Part shown: one piece after another, positions 28,954-36,902 of the stretch
How positions within the stretch are numbered: position 1 is the stretch's first letter
Layout of the letters: the number at the start of each line of letters is the position of its first letter
Source of the DNA: a virus
IMG/VR virus record: IMGVR_UViG_3300028327_000814
DNA: 64,000 nucleotides
Reading direction: 5' to 3' (one strand)
The notes under the pieces: generated by a model
The model's database searches: none
Told to the model about the DNA's origin: nothing
Seen by the model: only the letters and a program-made list of their open reading frames with translations
Program-made: the position numbers and the translations under genes

Positions 28954-29247
28954 ATGGCAGACATTTTTTTACCTCTCCGCCGTATCATTATACTCCAAGG
29001 GATAGAAGCAGCACCCGGGCGTGAACTGTCCAACGAAATGATACAGCGACTTTTAAAATCCCACTGCCACGCTTGTTCCATCGCCGAGATCAACGAACAA
29101 ATAAACTGGCTTGAGAACCGTGGTTATGTGAAGGCGACGCGCATGGGCGATTCCGGTTTTATTAACGTACATATTACCCGACCGGGAATTGACGTAGCCC
29201 AGGGCAACACCCGCGCCGAAGGCATCGACCCGCCTCCGGAGGTATAG
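28954..29247 (+). CDS. Mu gp26-like winged-helix protein
   Basis: QINWLENRGYV, ITRPGIDVAQG. Confidence 0.75.
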   Translation: MADIFLPLRRIIILQGIEAAPGRELSNEMIQRLLKSHCHACSIAEINEQINWLENRGYVKATRMGDSGFINVHITRPGIDVAQGNTRAEGIDPPPEV

Positions 29248-29248
29248 A

Positions 29249-29800
29249 ATGGGCCAAAAAAGCTCCATTGACAAACTGCCGAAAAAACTCCGTGACAAGC
29301 TGATAGAGATGTTACAAAACCCAGCCGTAACACAGGCTGAAATTGTTGACGCGATAAACGCCGAGGCAGGCGAGCCGCTTATTTCAAAATCGTCAATGAA
29401 CCGCTACGCGCAAAAAATGAAACACTTCACGGAAAAGAACCGGCAGGCGAAAGAGATCGCCGACGCGTACATTGAGAAATACGGCAGCGAAAACCGGCAG
29501 AACCTCGGCAAAGTAATCAACCAGCAAATGCGCGTGGCGATATTCGACCTTATGGGCGAGTTTGAAGAAATCCTTGCCGACCCTGAAACAAAAAGCGTGG
29601 AAGCGGCGGACATACTCTACAAAATATCGCGCGGTCTTAAAGAGCTTGAGCAAGCGGAAAAACTGAACGCAGAGCGTACCCAGCACATACGCCAAGAAGC
29701 GTTAGCCGATGCCGCCGAGATTGTGGAGAAAGAAGCGAAATCAGCAGGGCTTGACGAATCCGCACTGGAGATTATCAAGCGTAAAATTTTGGGAATATAA
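29249..29800 (+). CDS. Terminase small subunit (Mu gp27, DUF3486)
   Basis: MGQKSSIDKLP, ISKSSMNRY. Confidence 0.85.
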   Translation: MGQKSSIDKLPKKLRDKLIEMLQNPAVTQAEIVDAINAEAGEPLISKSSMNRYAQKMKHFTEKNRQAKEIADAYIEKYGSENRQNLGKVINQQMRVAIFDLMGEFEEILADPETKSVEAADILYKISRGLKELEQAEKLNAERTQHIRQEALADAAEIVEKEAKSAGLDESALEIIKRKILGI

Positions 29801-29811
29801 GGAGAGACAAG

Positions 29812-30051
29812 ATGAATCCACAATTTATTAAGTATGGAACACCGTCAATAAAGCTTATTGAGGAATGTTCAGAGGTAATTCATGCTCTGTGCAAGGCTGA
29901 CCGCTTCGGGCTTGACGACCACCACCCTGAAAAAAACATCACAAATCGCGATTCCATAAATTCGGAAATTAACGACTTGCAAATAGCAATTAAAAATTTT
30001 CAAGAATGGGAAAAAAGCATTCCTGTCGGAAGTGACAGGAAAAGGAAATAA
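29812..30051 (+). CDS. MazG-like nucleotide pyrophosphohydrolase
   Basis: KLIEECSEVIHALCK ... EINDL acidic helices. Confidence 0.55.
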   Translation: MNPQFIKYGTPSIKLIEECSEVIHALCKADRFGLDDHHPEKNITNRDSINSEINDLQIAIKNFQEWEKSIPVGSDRKRK

Positions 30052-30057
30052 AACCCC

Positions 30058-30261
30058 ATGAATGAAAATTTACTACCATGCCCATTTTGCGGTGAAATTC
30101 CTATATTAAGTAAATATAAAAATCTAAAAAATAAATCGTTTTACTACACATATCATGTTTGTGGCGATGGTTCAATGATTTGGATAAAAACCGCATTTTT
30201 CAAAACAAAAAAAGAAGCCATTGCCGCATGGAATAAGAGGACTGATAAACCTCATGAATGA
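30058..30261 (+). CDS. Lar-like restriction alleviation protein
   Basis: LLPCPFCG ... EAIAAWNKR. Confidence 0.75.
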   Translation: MNENLLPCPFCGEIPILSKYKNLKNKSFYYTYHVCGDGSMIWIKTAFFKTKKEAIAAWNKRTDKPHE

Positions 30262-31723
30262 AGACGTACTCCTTCCTTACCAAAAAGCGTGGATAGAAGA
30301 CAAGTCCAGCGTCAAAGTCTGGGAGAAATCCCGGCGCATTGGAGCGTCTTATGTCGAAGCGTTGGACTCGGTACTGGAAGGCGCAAAGTCAAAAGAGGCG
30401 GGCGGTCAATCTACATATTACCTTTCCTATTCCAAAGAAATGACACAGCAATTTGCGAGGGACTGCGCGTTCTGGGCAAAACACATAAACGCCGCCGCTT
30501 CCGAACTTGAAGAAATCGTACTCAATGATGAGGACAAAGATATTACCGTCTACCGCATACGTTTCGCATCAGGCTTTGAAATATGGTGTCTGCCGTCTGT
30601 CGCTCGTTCGCTCCGTTCCAAACAGGGACGGGTTATCATTGACGAAGCGGCGTTTGTCGAAGATTTGGGTGCACTCTTAAAAGCGGCGATGGCGCTTCTT
30701 ATGTGGGGCGGTTGCGTCAGGATTTTATCAACGCATAACGGCGATGATAATCCGTTCAACGAACTTATCAAAGAGATAAAAGAAGGGAAAAAAGACTACA
30801 GCCTCCACCATACCACATTTGACGAAGCTCTGGCGCAGGGTTTATATAAACGAATTTGCCTTGTTCAAAAAAAAGAATGGTCGCCTGAAGCGCAGGAAGT
30901 TTGGCGGCAGAAAATTATTGACGAATACGGCGAAGACGCCGATGAAGAATTATTTTGTATTCCCGTCCGTGCCGGAACACGATACTTCCCATCGGCGTTG
31001 CTTGAGGCAGTTTCCGATCCTAGCGCAAAAGTTCTGCGTAAAACCTGCGATGACGGCTTCACTTTCGTAGAAAAAGAAAAGCGTGTCAAAGAATTTGACA
31101 CTTGGCTTAAAAACGAAGTCCGTGACACATTGCTGCTTCATACCAATCCAGTATATCTGGGCGAAGACTTTGCCCGTTCCGGCGACCTGACCGCCATATT
31201 CCTTGACGAGCTGATGCCTGACGGAAAACTGCTTACATTCCTTGTAATCGAATTGCGTAACGTGCCGTTTGACCAACAGTTGCAAGTCATTTTGTATCTT
31301 ATGAATACCGTGCCGAATTTCGGCGGCGGAGCGTTTGACTCACGAGGTAACGGTCAGATGATCGCCGAATACGCGGCGCAGGAATATCCGGGCTATGTGT
31401 ATCAGGTAATGATCACTATGGCATGGTACGGGCAAACATTCCCCAAACTGAAAGAACGAATGGAAGACGCTACCACTACCATTCCCGATGACGCTTCTAT
31501 CCGTGAGGATTTTCGGGTTGTCGGAATCAAAGCGGGCGTTCCCTGCGTGCTTGAGCGTTCCGGCGGTATCCGAGAACGGCGGCACGGCGACGGAGCGATT
31601 GCGAAACTTATGGCGGTCTACGCCGCTGACAATGACGAAGAAAAAGGCTACCAGCCTATGACATACGAATCGGTAGAAACACCTAACAGATATAAAACAG
31701 GAGGTAAAGACCCGTGGGACTGA
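30254..31723 (+). CDS. Terminase large subunit (Mu gp28-like)
   Basis: LLPYQKAW, EKSRRIGAS, IIDEAAF, GEDFARSGD, HGDGAIA. Confidence 0.93.
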   Translation: MNEDVLLPYQKAWIEDKSSVKVWEKSRRIGASYVEALDSVLEGAKSKEAGGQSTYYLSYSKEMTQQFARDCAFWAKHINAAASELEEIVLNDEDKDITVYRIRFASGFEIWCLPSVARSLRSKQGRVIIDEAAFVEDLGALLKAAMALLMWGGCVRILSTHNGDDNPFNELIKEIKEGKKDYSLHHTTFDEALAQGLYKRICLVQKKEWSPEAQEVWRQKIIDEYGEDADEELFCIPVRAGTRYFPSALLEAVSDPSAKVLRKTCDDGFTFVEKEKRVKEFDTWLKNEVRDTLLLHTNPVYLGEDFARSGDLTAIFLDELMPDGKLLTFLVIELRNVPFDQQLQVILYLMNTVPNFGGGAFDSRGNGQMIAEYAAQEYPGYVYQVMITMAWYGQTFPKLKERMEDATTTIPDDASIREDFRVVGIKAGVPCVLERSGGIRERRHGDGAIAKLMAVYAADNDEEKGYQPMTYESVETPNRYKTGGKDPWD

Positions 31724-33303
31724 TAGAGGATATAAAAAAACGGTTTAACAAAAAAGACGCTTCCAATTCAAGCGACAGCGATGAGCAGGCAAGCGCCGTT
31801 CAATATACAAACCGCCACCCTTGGGGTGATTTTTCGCTATTGAACAGTTTAACGCCGGAACGCCTTGCGACAATTCTCAACGATGTCAGGCGTGGCGAAT
31901 GCCCTGCCGAATATTTGGAACTGTCGCAGGATATTGAACTGCGTGATCTGCATTACCGCTCCGTGCTTTCCACACGCAAAGACGCTATTACAGGGCTTGA
32001 AATAAAAGTCATTCCGGCAGGCGAAGGTGAAAAAGAAAAGGAACTTGCCGAGGCTGTAGAACGTGACATCGTTAAAAACTCAAGCGCAAAACTTCGTTCA
32101 TTGCTACGAAATATGCTTGACGCTCTTGGCAAAGGTTTTTCCGTCAATGAAATTATCTGGGATACAGGAAGCGTTCCGTGGAAACCGAAAGCGTACAAAT
32201 TCCGGGACCCCCGCTGGTTTCAATACGACAGGGAAACCGGAGACAATCTTATGTTACGCGCTCCATACGGAAACGATCTTGAACAGCTCAAGCCTTTTCA
32301 ATTTGTCGTACACGAGCCGCACTTAATCAGCGGAAAACAAATCACCGCAGGGCTTGCGCTTCCGGCGTTATTTTATTGGATGCTCAAAACTTACAACGTA
32401 ACAAGCTGGGCGGCGTTCATTGACCGCTACGGCTATCCGATCCGCATCGGCAAATACGGCAAAAAATTCACCGAAGAGGATCGAGTTACGCTCAAAAGAG
32501 CGGTCGCCGCCATTGGTCAGGATTTCGGCGCTATCATTCCCGAAAGCGCACAGCTTGAAATTATCGAATCCAAAAGCACCGGCGAAAAGTCAAACGTATA
32601 TAACAACATGGCGGACTGGATCGACAAACAGATCAGCAAACTTGTACTCGGTCAGACTATGACCACAGACGAAGGCGCAAGCAGGGCGCAGAGCGAGACT
32701 CACGAAAAAGTTCGTGACGATATTGCCGACAGCGACATTCAGCAGATTGTCGATACGTTGAACGCCGCATTGACCGTTCCTTACATTAACCTTAACTTTG
32801 GCGAGCAGAGCGAATACCCAAAGATAGACCTTTTCAAACCCGATGAAAAAAACATAGAGCAGATAATTACGGCGGTTAAAGAATTGGGACCGCTAGGGTT
32901 AGAAGTCAAAGCTGATGAAGTCCGCTCGCTTATCGGTCTATCCAATCCCGATCCCAAAGATGAAGTAATCGGCGGCAGATCATCCTATCCGCAAGACCCC
33001 TCTACAAATCTTGACGATTTAAATTCGGCTCGGAAAATCGCGCTCAACTCCGCCGCAAATAATGAACCTGCCGACAGTGTTGACGAACTGGACGCTGAAA
33101 ACGAGAACGGTTATGTCGCAATCTCCGACGAGATCGCAAGCGTGATTGAAAAAGCGGCTGATGCCGCTGTCGATTTTGAGTCATTCCAAAAGGAACTGAC
33201 AAAACTGGTTACCGGCTGGGCGCCGGATAAAATCGCCGAATGTATCGCCGTGGCGACATTCAAAGCAAGAGCGCTTGGAAGCGCAGAGTTTGACGATGAA
33301 TAA
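31714..33303 (+). CDS. Portal protein (Mu gp29, DUF935)
   Basis: DLHYRSVLSTRK, WAAFIDRYGYP, ISKLVLGQTMTT. Confidence 0.93.
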   Translation: MGLIEDIKKRFNKKDASNSSDSDEQASAVQYTNRHPWGDFSLLNSLTPERLATILNDVRRGECPAEYLELSQDIELRDLHYRSVLSTRKDAITGLEIKVIPAGEGEKEKELAEAVERDIVKNSSAKLRSLLRNMLDALGKGFSVNEIIWDTGSVPWKPKAYKFRDPRWFQYDRETGDNLMLRAPYGNDLEQLKPFQFVVHEPHLISGKQITAGLALPALFYWMLKTYNVTSWAAFIDRYGYPIRIGKYGKKFTEEDRVTLKRAVAAIGQDFGAIIPESAQLEIIESKSTGEKSNVYNNMADWIDKQISKLVLGQTMTTDEGASRAQSETHEKVRDDIADSDIQQIVDTLNAALTVPYINLNFGEQSEYPKIDLFKPDEKNIEQIITAVKELGPLGLEVKADEVRSLIGLSNPDPKDEVIGGRSSYPQDPSTNLDDLNSARKIALNSAANNEPADSVDELDAENENGYVAISDEIASVIEKAADAAVDFESFQKELTKLVTGWAPDKIAECIAVATFKARALGSAEFDDE

Positions 33304-33622
33304 AATTACGCGGATGGTATTTGGTCAAAATATAAAATATTACCGCAAAAAAAAAGACTGGACGCAACTTCGCTTGGGTATGGAATTAGGATTATCCCAG
33401 CCTACTATAGCACAATACGAATTGGGGATATATAGAAAAATGACAAGTAAAAAAAGTTTACAGTTTGCAAACGCGCTCGATGTTGAAGTATGGCAGTTAT
33501 TCGATTCAAACAATAATTCTTCAGGCAACGAAGATTTAGGTTTAACCGCCTATAGCAGAGAAATTAAAAGAAAAAGGCGGCAAAAGGATCGGTGTACAAA
33601 ACGTCTTGGACGTTTTATATAA
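33296..33622 (+). CDS. XRE-family HTH protein
   Basis: NIKYYRKKKDWTQLRLGMELGLSQPTIAQYELG. Confidence 0.7.
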   Translation: MNKITRMVFGQNIKYYRKKKDWTQLRLGMELGLSQPTIAQYELGIYRKMTSKKSLQFANALDVEVWQLFDSNNNSSGNEDLGLTAYSREIKRKRRQKDRCTKRLGRFI

Positions 33623-33638
33623 AAGCAAGGAGTAAGTT

Positions 33639-33908
33639 ATGAAAACATCGTTGGAAGAATTAAACACGCATCTGTTTGAAACTATTGAATGGCTGACAGA
33701 CAGGGACATCAGAAATGAAGAACTTGATCAAGAAATCAGAAGGGCTGAAACGGTTTGTAAGGTTGCAAGCGCAATTATCAGCAATGCCCAAACGGTTTTA
33801 TCGGCTTATAGGACAGCCGATGAAGTGGCGAATAATTTGCCGGAATGGATCGAAGGCAAAAAAATAAAACAACAACAACTTACCGATAAAACAAAAGGAC
33901 AAAAATAA
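33639..33908 (+). CDS. Hypothetical protein preceding the HNH gene
   Basis: LEELNTHLFETIEWL; AAGGAG upstream. Confidence 0.65.
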   Translation: MKTSLEELNTHLFETIEWLTDRDIRNEELDQEIRRAETVCKVASAIISNAQTVLSAYRTADEVANNLPEWIEGKKIKQQQLTDKTKGQK

Positions 33909-34519
33909 TGCGCATGAACCGCTGGTACACGCCGGAAGAAATCCAGTTCGTTAAAAAGAACATCAAAGGACGCACTTACCTTAAATTGCTTGCGATGTTC
34001 AATAAGCGGTTTAAACTCAGTTTGTCTTTGAAACAATTTCAAACCCTGACGTATAAGCATGGATTACGTAACGGCATCGGTAAATTTAAACCTGGCCATA
34101 AACCTTTTAATAAAGGGATAGATACAAAACAATGGAAAAAAATCTGTAAGGTGCGAAAAGATTATATACCCATTGGGAGCGAAAGAACCTCTAAGAATCA
34201 ATGCAAAGAATATGTCGATGTTAAAATCGGAGAAGCAAAATGGAAAAGAAAGCATGTTTTAATTTGGGAAGAGGCAAACGGTAAAGTGCCTAAAGGCCAT
34301 GTTGTTATTTTTGCGGACGGAAATCAAAAAAACTTCGCTCTGGAAAACCTCTTATTGGTGTCAAGGAAGGAACTTGGAGTGATGAATAGTTCCGGACTTA
34401 TATTTAATAATGGAGAATTTACCAAAATTGGTAAAACAATCGCGAATGTTAAAATGACTATTGAAAAACAAAAGAGAAAAATTAAAAAGAAAGGGAAGAG
34501 GAAAAAAGAGGTGTGCTAA
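33908..34519 (+). CDS. HNH endonuclease (HNH_3-like)
   Basis: KHVLIWEEANGKVPKGHVVIFADGNQKNFALENL. Confidence 0.82.
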   Translation: MRMNRWYTPEEIQFVKKNIKGRTYLKLLAMFNKRFKLSLSLKQFQTLTYKHGLRNGIGKFKPGHKPFNKGIDTKQWKKICKVRKDYIPIGSERTSKNQCKEYVDVKIGEAKWKRKHVLIWEEANGKVPKGHVVIFADGNQKNFALENLLLVSRKELGVMNSSGLIFNNGEFTKIGKTIANVKMTIEKQKRKIKKKGKRKKEVC

Positions 34520-35982
34520 TGGCAGACATAATTCCAAAAGTCGCATTGGACTACATAAAAAATAAAAATCTCAAGGTTGGTTTTTCTTACAAAGACGTAT
34601 GGAACGAAGAACACGCCACCGCTTTCACAATCGCCAAAGCCATGCAGATTGACGTACTTTCCGATTTACATAACGCCGTAATTCAGGCTGTTGAAAAAGG
34701 GCAGTCTTTTGAGTCATTCAAAAAAAATATAAAACCAACGCTTCAACAAAAAGGCTGGTGGGGTCGCAAAAAAATGGAAGATCCGCTTACCGGAAAAACA
34801 GTTGACGCATTGCAAGGTAGCGATCGCAGATTGAAAACCATCTATAGCACCAATATGCGTTTCGCATATCAAGAAGCGCAATATAAACGAACAATGGAAA
34901 GCGATCTTCATCCGTATTTCAGATATTGCTTGGGTGTCAGCGATAAGCATCGCAAAGAACACGAAAACTGGAATGGTATAGTTCTTCCAAAAGATGATCC
35001 GTGGTGGGATTCCCATTTTCCGCCAAAAGGTTGGGGTTGCAAATGCTACACCAGAGCCGTAACGGAAAGCCAAAAGAAAAAATATGAAGCCGAAGGTATA
35101 CCGGTTCCGACTCGGGCAGACGGTACTGGCGGCGGAAATATTAAAATAAAAACCAAAGCGCCGCCGGAAGAGTACACAACCTTTTTCAACGAACGCAAAG
35201 GCACTGTTGAGAAAGTTCCTAAAGGTGTCGATCCTGCGTTTAATAGTAAGCCGGGGAGGGTTTCACGGCAGGAAGCGGCAAAACAAAAACTCGCAGATTC
35301 GGAACGCAATTACAAGGCGAGTGCGGCAGGGTTTACAGATGAAATACCAAGTCCACCTAAAGTTGATGCAAAGGCAAGACGCATTCCCGACAGTGAGGAC
35401 ATAAAGAAAAAATTCTCCGAAATCGGAATCAGTTATATTGACCTTCAAGGTTTACCGGATGAAGTAAAGAAAATGATTTTTGAAAAAACAAAAAATGTCG
35501 TTGAGCGCTTCCCATTGGCTCGGAAAGCAGTGCCCGGAATTGTAGCTGACTTTGAGATGCCAGACGCTGACTTTGCTAAAACTAACAAGAAAACAGGGGA
35601 AATCAGGTTGAATGGAAACTGGTTTGCAAACATCTCGCAGTTTAGAAAATATTTTAACTCCCTTGTCCAGAAAGGAGACTTTCCGGCAGGGACAGACTGT
35701 CTTGATAACGTGACGCACGAATTTGGTCACGCAATAGTTCGAAAGCTCGCAGAAAATGGTAAAGTTGATAAATTTTGCGCTGGACTCCAAGACTATGTTC
35801 TGGTAAAATTAAAGAAAGATATTGCCGATATTGGAACAGGGCTTTCTAAAAATGCCTTGGAATGTCCGGCAGAATTTGTTGCTGATGGTTTCAATGAATT
35901 TGTAAACGTGGTGTCGGCACGAAAAATGGCAAAAGAACTTGGCAGGGCTTTAATCTATCTTTTGGGAGCAAAAAAATGGTGA
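34519..35982 (+). CDS. MuF head morphogenesis protein with C-terminal HExxH domain
   Basis: RRLKTIYSTNM, FPPKGWGCKC; C-terminal VTHEFGH ... AEFVADGF. Confidence 0.85.
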   Translation: MADIIPKVALDYIKNKNLKVGFSYKDVWNEEHATAFTIAKAMQIDVLSDLHNAVIQAVEKGQSFESFKKNIKPTLQQKGWWGRKKMEDPLTGKTVDALQGSDRRLKTIYSTNMRFAYQEAQYKRTMESDLHPYFRYCLGVSDKHRKEHENWNGIVLPKDDPWWDSHFPPKGWGCKCYTRAVTESQKKKYEAEGIPVPTRADGTGGGNIKIKTKAPPEEYTTFFNERKGTVEKVPKGVDPAFNSKPGRVSRQEAAKQKLADSERNYKASAAGFTDEIPSPPKVDAKARRIPDSEDIKKKFSEIGISYIDLQGLPDEVKKMIFEKTKNVVERFPLARKAVPGIVADFEMPDADFAKTNKKTGEIRLNGNWFANISQFRKYFNSLVQKGDFPAGTDCLDNVTHEFGHAIVRKLAENGKVDKFCAGLQDYVLVKLKKDIADIGTGLSKNALECPAEFVADGFNEFVNVVSARKMAKELGRALIYLLGAKKW

Positions 35983-36161
35983 GAGTACAAAGTTGGTGGC
36001 ATTCTAAATATCTTGAACCCGGAACTATAAAGATAAAAGACGGCACGCCCGCCGATGAACGTCGTAAACTTGAAACCGCTATTGCAACATGGCAATCTCC
36101 GCCTGTAGAAAACCCAATGACAGCGCAAGATATTGCAAAACTTATGGGCGAAAAACTTTAA
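35976..36161 (+). CDS. Small protein overlapping the MuF stop (candidate immunity)
   Basis: 61 aa, last gene of the prophage. Confidence 0.45.
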   Translation: MVRVQSWWHSKYLEPGTIKIKDGTPADERRKLETAIATWQSPPVENPMTAQDIAKLMGEKL

Positions 36162-36257
36162 TTTTTTAATAAAGATTGACTGCTTTTTTATTACACTATA
36201 TGCAAAGTCTTTACATTCTCTATCCCTATAAATTCCGCTAAATTCCTCAAATTCCCG

Positions 36258-36291
36258 TCTATTCTCTTGCATTTATAAATCTATTCTCTGC
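36258..36291 (-). promoter_or_regulatory. Right-end putative transposase-binding sites
   Basis: Reverse complements GCAAGAGAATAGA (36258-36270) and GCAGAGAATAGA (36280-36291). Confidence 0.75.
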
Positions 36292-36299
36292 TGTGATGA

Positions 36300-36323
36300 G
36301 TAAGGCAAGGTTTGGCGGGGCAA
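36300..36323 (+). repeat. Right TSD copy plus distal remnant of the GGY-NN array
   Basis: GTAAGG-c aa ggt tt ggc gg ggc aa. Confidence 0.8.
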
Positions 36324-36350
36324 TCTATTTTAATTCTTAAGGAGTGGTTT

Positions 36351-36854
36351 ATGAAAGGGATTTATTCATGGAAAACAGGCAGTCATTGTAAAGGTGACGC
36401 CTCTAAAGTCGGCGCGGAATTGGAAACAATAGGCGAACAGGTAACGCCTGAAAATGTTGTCGCTTTTGCCGCGAAACATAAAAAGTCGGAATTGCACGGC
36501 GAGTTTGAATGGGACAATGAAACCGCAGGTCATTTACACCGCCTTAATCAGGCGAGGCATTTACTGGCTTGCATTATCATTGAACGGGAAGTGCAAACGC
36601 CTAAAGGGAAAAAAGAAGTCGTTATTACAAGGGCTTATGAAAATGTGAAAGTGGCGGATAATGACGAAACTGAAAAGCGCGTGTATGTGCCGATTGACGT
36701 TGCATTGACCGTACCCGAACATAGGGACTTTGTAATCAGCGGCATTTTCAAGGCTATTCAAGACTTGCAAGACAAGGCGCGTGTATATGACGGCTATTTG
36801 AAAAATCCAGTCAAGTTTAATACCGGGCTTAATACGGCGTTAAAAGCGGTTTGA
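36351..36854 (+). CDS. Conserved phage protein of unknown function downstream of the pentamer array
   Basis: AAGGAG before ATG 36351; VTPENVV..ELHGEFEWDN..AGHLHRLNQAR motif, which I recall occurring beside such arrays. Confidence 0.75.
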   Translation: MKGIYSWKTGSHCKGDASKVGAELETIGEQVTPENVVAFAAKHKKSELHGEFEWDNETAGHLHRLNQARHLLACIIIEREVQTPKGKKEVVITRAYENVKVADNDETEKRVYVPIDVALTVPEHRDFVISGIFKAIQDLQDKARVYDGYLKNPVKFNTGLNTALKAV

Positions 36855-36856
36855 CT

Positions 36857-36902
36857 ATATGGCAGATATTGTTAAATAAAACGTATCTGCCATATTTTCT
36901 TT
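36857..36902 (+). terminator. 12-bp inverted repeat with T-tract, overlapping the portal promoter
   Basis: ATATGGCAGATA (36857-36868) / TATCTGCCATAT (36884-36895), then TTTCTTT. Confidence 0.5.
36867..36896 (+). promoter_or_regulatory. Putative late promoter (first of six)
   Basis: TATTGTTAAA with CATATT 24 bp after motif start; same geometry at 41054, 46962, 49059, 49911 and 62163. Confidence 0.65.

Larger units (their letters stand above)
217..36299. mobile_element. Mu-like transposable prophage (myovirus), apparently complete, 36,083 bp
   Basis: DDE transposase, AAA ATPase, Ner/CI, Mor, Mu gpI/gpT/gp36/gp37, sheath, gp43-48, gp27-30; flanking GTAAGG duplication; GCAAGAGAATAGA in inverted orientation 29 bp inside each end. 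Confidence 0.93.

Noticed and set aside
205-36313. Alternative TG...CA ends (210 to 36307) with TGGTT/AGGTT duplication
   Set aside because: The duplication is imperfect and the end-site spacing becomes asymmetric; the similarity comes from the array itself.
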